A DNA stretch of 48,518 nt from a virus (IMGVR_UViG_3300023076_000004:1-48518); one strand, 5' to 3'; counted from the first letter of the stretch, positions 8,752 to 15,911 are shown. A program made the numbers and translations. Notes: generated from the letters alone by a model not told the origin.

Positions 8752-9210
8752 ATGTTGCCAGAAACTAAACCTAGTAATTGCCGCAACGTTCTACGCGATA
8801 GCGGCCAGCCTTATCCTAGAAGCGGCTGCGCAGTTTGTAAAAACGGCGGGCTTATGGGTTGCCCTTACGAGAAAGAAAACGTAACAGGTGACGAAGAAAT
8901 AGCTGACGCGCTAGCCATAACCGAGCACACGTTAAGCCCACACTTGGAAGCGTTATTAAGTACATGGCCAGAGCACAAAGTTATTAAGCTTCTAAAGCTT
9001 AAAGTAAAACTCTGCCACGGGATAATTGATTCGCTTACCTTGGCACTAAACGGTCGCCCTCCGATGGTAACCTACGCCTACATCGACGACAAAAACCGCC
9101 TAGTTAAAATATCCGGCCATGTTTATTTTGACGGCGGTTTTGTAGACGCTAACAGTGAAATTCCTGATAGCTGGAAAACGTTAGTTTTGGTTGAGAAGGT
9201 GGGTGCATAA
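8752..9210 (+). CDS. hypothetical protein with N-terminal Cys motif (CR..L...G.PYPRSGCAVC)
   Basis: AGGA SD; motif seen in phage early proteins. Confidence 0.75.
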   Translation: MLPETKPSNCRNVLRDSGQPYPRSGCAVCKNGGLMGCPYEKENVTGDEEIADALAITEHTLSPHLEALLSTWPEHKVIKLLKLKVKLCHGIIDSLTLALNGRPPMVTYAYIDDKNRLVKISGHVYFDGGFVDANSEIPDSWKTLVLVEKVGA

Positions 9211-9488
9211 TGGAAGCTGATTACATTCAAATATTAAAGCAACGTATTACCAGGCAAGGCATAGATCATTTAAAAAGCGTAGCCGATAAAGTCGATGAAA
9301 ATTTTTGCGCGCGCTATTACGGTTTACCAACCTGGCACTTTAGAAACCAGTTAGGCTACCCAACTTCAACGCACCGAAACGCTTTAAAGAAACTCGAAAA
9401 AGAAGGTAAAGTAATTGCGTACAAGCAATGTGAAAACCAATTACATTGGTGGCCAGTAGGATTTCTGGAAGAGATAAAAACCCTATGA
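9210..9488 (+). CDS. hypothetical protein, possible winged-helix DNA binder
   Basis: RNALKKLEKEGKV resembles a wHTH recognition helix. Confidence 0.6.
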   Translation: MEADYIQILKQRITRQGIDHLKSVADKVDENFCARYYGLPTWHFRNQLGYPTSTHRNALKKLEKEGKVIAYKQCENQLHWWPVGFLEEIKTL

Positions 9489-9736
9489 ACCAAACCCGCC
9501 TTCAATCGTTGATAGAAACGGTCATCAATACGCTGATAGGTTTCATCCTATCGTTTATTGCATGGCCCGTAGCAGCCTTTCTGTTTGCCGTGCCGTACAA
9601 CCATAGCCAACACTTCGGGATAGTGCTATTTTTTACCGTAATCAGCGTTGCACGAGGGTACGTTATCCGCCGCTGGTTTAATGCTAGACTAAAGCTTACA
9701 GCTTCCCGTTTGGCCACTAAATTTAATCAGGAGTAA
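9485..9736 (+). CDS. small two-TM membrane protein (DUF7220-like)
   Basis: Q.R..SLIE...N..IGF...FT.IS.AR.YV.RRWFN signature. Confidence 0.8.
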   Translation: MNQTRLQSLIETVINTLIGFILSFIAWPVAAFLFAVPYNHSQHFGIVLFFTVISVARGYVIRRWFNARLKLTASRLATKFNQE

Positions 9737-9739
9737 GAT

Positions 9740-9955
9740 ATGCTAAAGCTCGTTAAAAGCGTCATGTTTGAGGGTTACGTGCTAGTCGCTGAAACCCCGG
9801 AGGATGCGATAAAGCTAAATGAAATTCTTGCCGCGCACGGCGAAACGCAAGCTAGTAAAACCACCGATAAAGCGTTTGAAGAATGCGACGAACCATGGAT
9901 TCGAGGGTTTAAAGAACGGGAAGCCAAAGCACATGAAGAATCTGCAAACGGCTAA
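9740..9955 (+). CDS. hypothetical phage protein
   Basis: AGGAG SD. Confidence 0.65.
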   Translation: MLKLVKSVMFEGYVLVAETPEDAIKLNEILAAHGETQASKTTDKAFEECDEPWIRGFKEREAKAHEESANG

Positions 9956-10136
9956 GCTTTGTACTGCTTGCGATAGCCCAAACAGGCCTAAAGCTAACAC
10001 ATGTACTAAATGTGGGTTTGCTTTAAACCGCAAAGCCGTCAAACCTACCAAGCAGCTAACCTATTCTTTTAAAAATACTTTCGTAAAACAGCTTGATGCT
10101 ATTAAACAAAAGCCACCCGGAGAACGTAAGAAATGA
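9933..10136 (+). CDS. zinc-ribbon protein (CTAC...CTKCG)
   Basis: 3' part of track ORF 9819..10136, from ATG 9933. Confidence 0.55.
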   Translation: MKNLQTAKLCTACDSPNRPKANTCTKCGFALNRKAVKPTKQLTYSFKNTFVKQLDAIKQKPPGERKK

Positions 10137-10639
10137 AATATCTATTAGCTTTAATATTTTGCTTGCCGCTTTTGGCAAGCGCACAAACGCCTGTCATAAC
10201 CAGCGGTAAATACATTGTTCATGGCGGCGGTACAGTCAAGGAATTAAACAACCAAGCAGACGCCAAGAAGTATGCCGCAAAACTTTGGGTAGACTGCAAG
10301 CAATGCGACGTAGTCATAGAACAGCCGCCTATTCGCTACGCGGGTGCGCAGTCGTCCAGTAGTTCGAGTAGCTCAACCAAAGCAGATGCGGCTAAGCTGC
10401 AGTTCGGTCGACCTTTGCAGTACGTTAACGGGCAACCATTGGCCGAATCAACCATAAAACAATACTGGTTAACCCGTGAATTAAACGGCACGATTAAAAA
10501 AGAAAGTATAAAGCCAACGGGCGATATTATTCTTTACCCGACTACGGCGCCTTTACCCGGCGAAAAGTGGTTTTTAGTAACCGAAATTAACGAGCCCGAA
10601 CCTAATACTTATTCCAGTGCCGCACCGGTTCAATTTTAG
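10133..10639 (+). CDS. secreted protein with poly-serine linker and FN3-like C-terminal domain
   Basis: Signal peptide ending ASA; SSSSSSSS linker; L...P....NG.PL...I..Y pattern. Confidence 0.7.
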   Translation: MKYLLALIFCLPLLASAQTPVITSGKYIVHGGGTVKELNNQADAKKYAAKLWVDCKQCDVVIEQPPIRYAGAQSSSSSSSSTKADAAKLQFGRPLQYVNGQPLAESTIKQYWLTRELNGTIKKESIKPTGDIILYPTTAPLPGEKWFLVTEINEPEPNTYSSAAPVQF

Positions 10640-10648
10640 GAGAACGCT

Positions 10649-10777
10649 ATGCGCGAGAAAATATTTTTAGTAGTGGAAGACCTGAAAGATATTGCTTCCT
10701 GGTATGGCCCTGAAATATTGAATACGCTTTTATTTATGGTTGTATTGGCGTGCTTATATAAGTTGGGGTGGAGCTAA
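10649..10777 (+). CDS. small membrane protein (42 aa, not in ORF track)
   Basis: AGGAG SD; TAATG overlap with the next gene. Confidence 0.55.
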   Translation: MREKIFLVVEDLKDIASWYGPEILNTLLFMVVLACLYKLGWS

Positions 10778-11007
10778 TGAAATTTTTAAAAGATTTCTTT
10801 TTCTGCAACGCATTTGCGGCATTTGGAACTGGTATTTTAATAGGCCTATCAATTATTACTCTTTGTATATTAATTTTTGATCCGAAGAATAAACCTATTG
10901 CAAAAGAAAGCCAATTTATTACCGATACAAACGGCTGCCAGTACTTTAAAAAGAGCGAGCGCCCGCGCTTGAATCCAAACGGTACGCAAATCTGCAAACC
11001 GCTATAA
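10777..11007 (+). CDS. membrane-anchored protein (TD..GCQY...PRL..NG.QIC motif)
   Basis: TM helix plus a short Cys-pair periplasmic motif seen in phages. Confidence 0.7.
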   Translation: MKFLKDFFFCNAFAAFGTGILIGLSIITLCILIFDPKNKPIAKESQFITDTNGCQYFKKSERPRLNPNGTQICKPL

Positions 11008-11107
11008 TGTAAAGAAACGTAAAGATTACAGTATTAGGTTGTACAAATTAGTAAACGGGTTTAATCTTCTCAATACCAGCTAAGCGAAAGGCGCGAAGCG
11101 AAAAGAG
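11008..11107 (+). promoter_or_regulatory. promoter cassette copy 3: box 11008-11030, -35 TTGTAC (11039), -10 TAATCT (11062), shortened leader
   Basis: TGTAAAGAAACGTAAAGATTACA; leader AAGCGAAAGGCGCGAAGCGAAAAG. Confidence 0.8.
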
Positions 11108-11116
11108 TAAACGAAA

Positions 11117-11242
11117 ATGCCAAAAGCAAACATACAGTTAGTAATAAAAGCGGATCGCAAAAAAGCTTTTATGGCCGTTATTAAAATACGTCTGTTAGCT
11201 TTAGAATGTTATCTGTTTGCTCTGAAAAATCGTTTGTTCTAA
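11117..11242 (+). CDS. small basic protein (41 aa, not in ORF track)
   Basis: ATG sits relative to the leader as in cassette copies 1 and 4. Confidence 0.5.
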   Translation: MPKANIQLVIKADRKKAFMAVIKIRLLALECYLFALKNRLF

Positions 11243-11270
11243 TAACCCATCAAGCCAAAGGTAAATTAAA

Positions 11271-11528
11271 ATGTCAAAATCTCAAACTTTCCGTGCTACT
11301 GCTTACTCATTCCGTGATCTTAATTTAAAACTTGAAGATGCCCGCAACGTAGCAACTCTTTACGCTAACCAAACTATGGTTACTGCTCATCCCCATACCC
11401 GTGCGATAGCAATTGATGCAAGCGTAAACAGAGCGCAACGCGCTGTTATTAATGCGCACGGTAAGTTCTACGGCTTGCGCTCCAAGTATGACGGTCGCGG
11501 CAATAAGCGTGAGCCGTTAAAGGCGTAA
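11271..11528 (+). CDS. basic hypothetical protein immediately upstream of the non-coding island
   Basis: AAGGT SD; 85 aa, Arg/Lys-rich C-terminus. Confidence 0.75.
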   Translation: MSKSQTFRATAYSFRDLNLKLEDARNVATLYANQTMVTAHPHTRAIAIDASVNRAQRAVINAHGKFYGLRSKYDGRGNKREPLKA

Positions 11529-12060
11529 GCGCAAAAGGCTAGACTCGGTTCTAGGTGGAAATAGCAGAAGAACCTTTTCATGCGCCCCGAGTGGAAAAAT
11601 AACCTAGAACAAAGCCCCTTCTAGCGAGGGGGCAATGTTAACGGCTTTTGTTAATGTGTCCGCGCATACGTCGCATAGTGACTAGCAAGCAACAATTCTT
11701 AAGAGATTAGAGCCGTTAACATTGCTGAAAAGCACAAAGAGCAGAGCCGCTTCTAGGCGGGAGACGGCAGAGAAGGGCGATTAAGTTGCTAAAGATCGCT
11801 ACAGATCGTGCGCCGGCGGATGAAGAAAGCAGCCTAGTGACAGCCGGAAAGACGGCACCTAAATTTTAGCGTAACCCTTTGCTGAGGGGTTCGAAGGCTG
11901 GCCACCTACGCGGGCCATTTAATAATAGGTTGTCGAACCTTACCCAATCGTCGAACGTTAAAGGTATTTGCAGCCATGTAACAGGTAAAAAAAGTTGAGC
12001 AACTTTTAAATGTAATGCTCCTACCCTAAAGGTATTTGCAGCCATGTAACAGGTAACTAG
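11529..12060 (+). ncRNA. putative structured non-coding RNA island (multi-module)
   Basis: About 600 nt with no ORF of 60 aa or more in a gene-dense arm. Contains a perfect 15-bp stem (11632-11646/11711-11725), pseudoknot pairings, many hairpins and a 30-nt direct repeat. Confidence 0.6.
11959..12056 (+). repeat. two perfect 30-bp direct repeats (TAAAGGTATTTGCAGCCATGTAACAGGTAA) separated by 38 bp
   Basis: Copies at 11959-11988 and 12027-12056. Confidence 0.95.
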
Positions 12061-12080
12061 TCTCAGTGAAAAATATTAAC

Positions 12081-12114
12081 AAAATGCCCGTAGCAAATAG
12101 CAACGGGCATTTTT
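12081..12114 (+). terminator. intrinsic terminator closing the non-coding island
   Basis: AAAATGCCCGT...ACGGGCATTTTT. Confidence 0.7.
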
Positions 12115-12128
12115 AACGGAGTAAAATC

Positions 12129-12422
12129 ATGTTAGATAAAAGCAGCGCGGAAATTCTCAAGCGAATAAAAGAATTGCATTGTGCACCGGTTTACAGTGAA
12201 AACGAATTGCGCAGCAAAGATAAAAGCGTGCGCGAACTCATTGGTAGACTTGAATTCTCGCTTAACGCTGTCGCCGATCCTTTGCCAAACCAAGGCGCAT
12301 TACTTGCCGAACACCTTCAGAAGCTTATCGCCGCAATCGAAAGCGAAAAGTCCGACGAAAACTTAACGCGCTCTGTGAGCGAAGCCAAGGCCGCTTTGGG
12401 CCTTTATCAAGTAACTTTATAG
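12129..12422 (+). CDS. hypothetical helical protein
   Basis: GGAG SD. Confidence 0.7.
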   Translation: MLDKSSAEILKRIKELHCAPVYSENELRSKDKSVRELIGRLEFSLNAVADPLPNQGALLAEHLQKLIAAIESEKSDENLTRSVSEAKAALGLYQVTL

Positions 12423-12434
12423 GAAAATGTTTTT

Positions 12435-12893
12435 ATGCAATCAGTAGTAATGACACCCCAGGAAATGGGAAATTTTGAAGATTTAATTTTAATTACGGCG
12501 GTAAAACAACTTGCCTTTACTTGTCATGATAATTCACTAAAAGCCGGTTGGTGGACGCAGTACGGTTTTGATCTTGCTGAAATAATTCGCAGCCCTAAGA
12601 CACCTTTTGAAGAAATTCTTTCGAAAGCATTAGTTGGCCAAAAGCTTTGTTTAACTCACAGTGAATTAAGCGAAGGAATGGAAGGTTACCGCCAAAACTT
12701 AATGGACGATAAACTACCACACCGCCCAATGTTAGAAGTCGAGTTAGCCGACGCGATTGCGCGAATTTTTGATTTAGGTGGCGCGTTGAAATTAGATGTA
12801 GCAGGCGCACTTATCGAAAAGCTTGAATTCAATAAAACGCGGCCCGATCACAAACCGGAAAACCGCGCTAAGGAAGGCGGCAAAAGTTTTTAA
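12435..12893 (+). CDS. MazG-like nucleoside-triphosphate pyrophosphohydrolase
   Basis: KLCLTHSELSEGMEGYR...DDKLPHR.MLEVELAD..ARIFDL...EK.EFN..R.DHK. Confidence 0.85.
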   Translation: MQSVVMTPQEMGNFEDLILITAVKQLAFTCHDNSLKAGWWTQYGFDLAEIIRSPKTPFEEILSKALVGQKLCLTHSELSEGMEGYRQNLMDDKLPHRPMLEVELADAIARIFDLGGALKLDVAGALIEKLEFNKTRPDHKPENRAKEGGKSF

Positions 12894-13177
12894 TGGTTAC
12901 TAGCTACCCTTGCCGCTGTCACAAATGCAGAGCCCGCAAAACGCTGGCAAAGCACCCAGACAACTACAAGCTTAAGCGCTACATCACGTGCGCGTGCGGC
13001 GGCATATTCAGGGTAGACAAGTACCGCAAAAAGAAAGAGCACAAGCTAACCAAGTGCTATTGCAACGGCTACCACTACCCGCACAGAGCAGGCGGCGGCG
13101 TGTGGTGCCACCAACATAAAACAGGACCAAGTGAAATAGATTGGTTAATTAGAGGTGGTAGTTACAGTGACCATTGA
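12893..13177 (+). CDS. Cys/His-rich basic protein (Zn binding)
   Basis: CRC..CR, CACGG, CYC.GYHYPHR.G..WC. Confidence 0.75.
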   Translation: MVTSYPCRCHKCRARKTLAKHPDNYKLKRYITCACGGIFRVDKYRKKKEHKLTKCYCNGYHYPHRAGGGVWCHQHKTGPSEIDWLIRGGSYSDH

Positions 13178-13409
13178 AATTAAAATAGGTAGAAATTTAT
13201 ATACCGTTTCAAAAGAAGATCGTTTTCTTGATAACGGCAATAGCGTTCAGCTTGTCACGCAAAGTAAAGAGCTGTCTAGTTGGGGCAAGAGACCTAATCC
13301 AGTGCTTTCTAAGCGTACGGTTAAAGAATTAGAAGCCTACGGTATAAAGCAGTACGCTTCACCTTACCCGAATTGTTTATTTTTCGGAATAGTTACTAAG
13401 AGCGAGTAA
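13155..13409 (+). CDS. hypothetical phage protein
   Basis: KIGR..Y...ED.FLDNG..VQL.TQ motif; start may be a later GTG. Confidence 0.7.
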   Translation: MVVTVTIEIKIGRNLYTVSKEDRFLDNGNSVQLVTQSKELSSWGKRPNPVLSKRTVKELEAYGIKQYASPYPNCLFFGIVTKSE

Positions 13410-13412
13410 ACC

Positions 13413-13631
13413 ATGAAAACAGCAGGCACACCAATAATTCGGTTTAAAATAAACCATGAATTCGAAGCAGACTACGCGCAGTACCAGGCGGACCGAAAAG
13501 CGTTCAAGTATATTATTGCGAACGAAACCGAAAATAGTTTTAGCTATATTCGCAAAGGCAAATCGCTTGCTACGCGTAAAACTTTAGCGGAAATTGTTGA
13601 ATTTAAGCGTGTTCATACGGAGCAAGAATAA
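13413..13631 (+). CDS. hypothetical phage protein
   Basis: In the operon chain; TAATG overlap. Confidence 0.65.
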   Translation: MKTAGTPIIRFKINHEFEADYAQYQADRKAFKYIIANETENSFSYIRKGKSLATRKTLAEIVEFKRVHTEQE

Positions 13632-13963
13632 TGGTTAACCAGAATCTTAAAACGGGTTATGTTTGCTTGATTACGGGCGCTACTAGCCTTACTCAAAACA
13701 TCGGCAAAAGCTGCGTAGTCGTAGGCTTTGTATATCCAGGCGATAGTTTCACTACTCCTACCGGTAAGCCTGCGCACTTTTGGAAAGAAGCAAAATCGCA
13801 CGGAGTAATAGTTACCGGCAAAGGCATCGTAAAAACAAAATACGAATCGCAAAATGAATTGACTTGCGAAAATTGGGTAATCGTAGAACCCCGCTTCCTT
13901 ATGAAAATAGACGGCCACAAAGAGCCCGAAGCTAACAGCGAAAAATTAAAGCAAAAGGCGTAA
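13631..13963 (+). CDS. hypothetical phage protein
   Basis: LK.G..CLI.G.....NIGK...V...LM.ID pattern of a phage family. Confidence 0.7.
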   Translation: MVNQNLKTGYVCLITGATSLTQNIGKSCVVVGFVYPGDSFTTPTGKPAHFWKEAKSHGVIVTGKGIVKTKYESQNELTCENWVIVEPRFLMKIDGHKEPEANSEKLKQKA

Positions 13964-13967
13964 CCAC

Positions 13968-14354
13968 ATGGCGACGCCCCTAACCAAAAAGAATCCTAAC
14001 TGGTTAAGCAAACAGTGTGAATTCGATCCGCAGCTTAATCGCAATTACCGCCGAAGCGTTCGCTATTATCGCCAGTTGTTCAAGGCGTGGCCCGAATGGT
14101 GCGCGGATCACCCGGGATTTAAACGAATCTACGCCGAAGCCAAACGCCGTAAGCTACGAGGCGAAAGCGTAGCGGTAGACCACATTGTACCGATATGCTC
14201 CAAAACGGTTTGCGGCCTGCATGTGCCTTGGAATTTAAGAATAATCAGCGAGCAGGAAAATACTTTAAAGAGCAATAATTATTGGCCGAATCAACCTTAC
14301 GAAAATATCGAAATGTGGGAAAGCTTCGAGCCGCACCAATTACGCTTATTGTAA
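13968..14354 (+). CDS. HNH endonuclease
   Basis: VDHIVPI...VCGLHVPWNLRII...EN..KSN. Confidence 0.9.
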   Translation: MATPLTKKNPNWLSKQCEFDPQLNRNYRRSVRYYRQLFKAWPEWCADHPGFKRIYAEAKRRKLRGESVAVDHIVPICSKTVCGLHVPWNLRIISEQENTLKSNNYWPNQPYENIEMWESFEPHQLRLL

Positions 14355-14452
14355 AGAAAAGTAAAGAATACAGTATTATGTTGTTTATTCGTATCGTTTT
14401 GAACTACTATGTTTACAAGGTGAAGCGAAAGGCGCGGCACGAAGCGAAAAGG
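14350..14452 (+). promoter_or_regulatory. promoter cassette copy 4: box 14350-14372, -35 TTGTTT (14381), -10 TACTAT (14405), 34-nt leader 14419-14452
   Basis: TGTAAAGAAAAGTAAAGAATACA; leader identical to copy 1. Confidence 0.8.
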
Positions 14453-14463
14453 TAAAAAACAAA

Positions 14464-14685
14464 ATGAACGATAAAGAATACGCGGAATTTGTTGAACGTT
14501 GTTTTTTCCTCCAACGTATTACTTACATAGTTGGTTTTGGTCCTCGTATAGGCGTTGCGCTTGTAAACAAATACCGCACAATCGCAAATATTCAAAAAGC
14601 TTTAACCGACAATACTTTTTCTTTTGAAGGTTGTGGTGTAGGACGCGTAAATAAGTTAAAGAAAGAATTCGAGGTAGCCGCTTAA
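14464..14685 (+). CDS. helix-hairpin-helix domain protein
   Basis: GFGPR and GCGVG HhH-type motifs; ends -VAA. Confidence 0.65.
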   Translation: MNDKEYAEFVERCFFLQRITYIVGFGPRIGVALVNKYRTIANIQKALTDNTFSFEGCGVGRVNKLKKEFEVAA

Positions 14686-14697
14686 AAGCGGCTTAAC

Positions 14698-14865
14698 ATG
14701 GAAACCAACTACGCCAGCTTTATAAAACGAATCAAAGCCGCTGATAGCCAAGAGAAATTAAAGCAGCTTGAAGTTAGCCTTGACAGACTTTACGACGCGG
14801 GAATATTCTCTTTAGCTGAATTCAAACGACTCGATAACAAAATTTTAGAAAAACTAGCCGCCTAA
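14698..14865 (+). CDS. small hypothetical protein (55 aa, not in ORF track), ends -LAA
   Basis: METNYASFIKRIKAADSQEKLKQLEVSLDRLYDAGIFSLAEFKRLDNKILEKLAA*. Confidence 0.65.
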   Translation: METNYASFIKRIKAADSQEKLKQLEVSLDRLYDAGIFSLAEFKRLDNKILEKLAA

Positions 14866-14903
14866 TAAGCGGCTTTAAATTTAATCGCAAAAGGTAAAAG
14901 AAA

Positions 14904-15191
14904 ATGCTACTAGCAATCCTGCCCATCATAGCGCTAGCCATTTGGCTTGTTTATAAAGCAATTTGCCGTTGCTTTGTTACGCAAAATTACATGCCTGAAC
15001 TCAGCGACCCGGTAATTAATCACGCTCAAGAGGTGGCGAATCGTACCCGCAAGGTTCAACTAATTGTGCCTAATATGTTGGGCGGCTATGATGTTATTCC
15101 GGCGGATCGTGTAACGCTTGAAAGCCAAGTAAATTTTGCGGGCACCGTGCGGCCTCAAGCTTTTAAAGGAGCTATGAAATTCCTAAATTAA
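14904..15191 (+). CDS. membrane-anchored hypothetical protein
   Basis: AAGGT SD; N-terminal TM helix. Confidence 0.7.
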   Translation: MLLAILPIIALAIWLVYKAICRCFVTQNYMPELSDPVINHAQEVANRTRKVQLIVPNMLGGYDVIPADRVTLESQVNFAGTVRPQAFKGAMKFLN

Positions 15192-15217
15192 ATCACTCCC
15201 ATTTTGGCCCTACGCCC

Positions 15218-15430
15218 TTGCATGTTTTTAACTGCCCTATGGCGGTAAAAGTTGACGAGATAATTACCAACGAAAACGGCAGCTTTAATTTTAAAGAATA
15301 TAAAACCGCCGCTATGCAAGGTATTATCGCGCATCAAATGGCTGAGTTACACTTAATTTACGGCTCTTCATATTCTCGCCGTTTCAATAAAGCACCAAGC
15401 AGCTCCAAACGTTTTGGTAGAAGGGGTTAA
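15218..15430 (+). CDS. hypothetical protein (start uncertain)
   Basis: ORF track; fills the gap in the chain. Confidence 0.45.
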   Translation: MHVFNCPMAVKVDEIITNENGSFNFKEYKTAAMQGIIAHQMAELHLIYGSSYSRRFNKAPSSSKRFGRRG

Positions 15431-15434
15431 TAGA

Positions 15435-15875
15435 ATGTTTCCAATAGTCAGCGTGCAGCAAAAAGTAAATGGTCAAATTAAAACGCTTGGTACGTTCCGC
15501 TATACCAAGCAAGGCATTGGCCAGGCGCTAGCCAAAATATTCGCTACCGTAGCTGCAAGCGGCGACACTAAGGTTTCACCTGCTCGCGCTTGGATGCAAT
15601 TGGAAGATGAAACCGGCACTTACATATTCGACGTATACGACGCCGATTATATAGACGTTACTAAGACTGCGGCCGAGCACACCAAAACGCGCCGCCGTCT
15701 TGCGGCGGACGTAGCACGCGAAAAGCGCGAAGAGGACGAAGCTTTTTTGGCTGGCGTTAATGGCGATCTAATACCACTCATTCGCGACCGCAGCGGGAAT
15801 ATTCCCGAACACGTAAGACGTGAATACGCTAACGGCCAAAAGCTTGCCGCTGATATCGGCACGATAGGTAATTAA
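15435..15875 (+). CDS. hypothetical phage protein (ATG 15435)
   Basis: AGGGG SD; 3' part of track ORF 15414..15875. Confidence 0.7.
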   Translation: MFPIVSVQQKVNGQIKTLGTFRYTKQGIGQALAKIFATVAASGDTKVSPARAWMQLEDETGTYIFDVYDADYIDVTKTAAEHTKTRRRLAADVAREKREEDEAFLAGVNGDLIPLIRDRSGNIPEHVRREYANGQKLAADIGTIGN

Positions 15876-15911
15876 TTTAATGCGCTTGCTAATAGTCAAG
15901 CCAATACGAAT

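Noticed and set aside
11865-11903. tRNA gene suggested by GGTTCGA...CCA
   Set aside because: No T-stem closure, D-arm or anticodon arm; GGGGTT pairs upstream with AACCCT instead.
11959-12056. Bona fide CRISPR array
   Set aside because: Only two repeats, no GAAA(C/G)-type end on either strand, no cas genes, and the spacer is itself a hairpin (AAAAGTTG-AG-CAACTTTT). Kept only as an alternative in the findings.
13968-14354. HNH as an intron- or intein-borne mobile element
   Set aside because: It is free-standing between intact small genes; no split host gene or group I intron core was seen.
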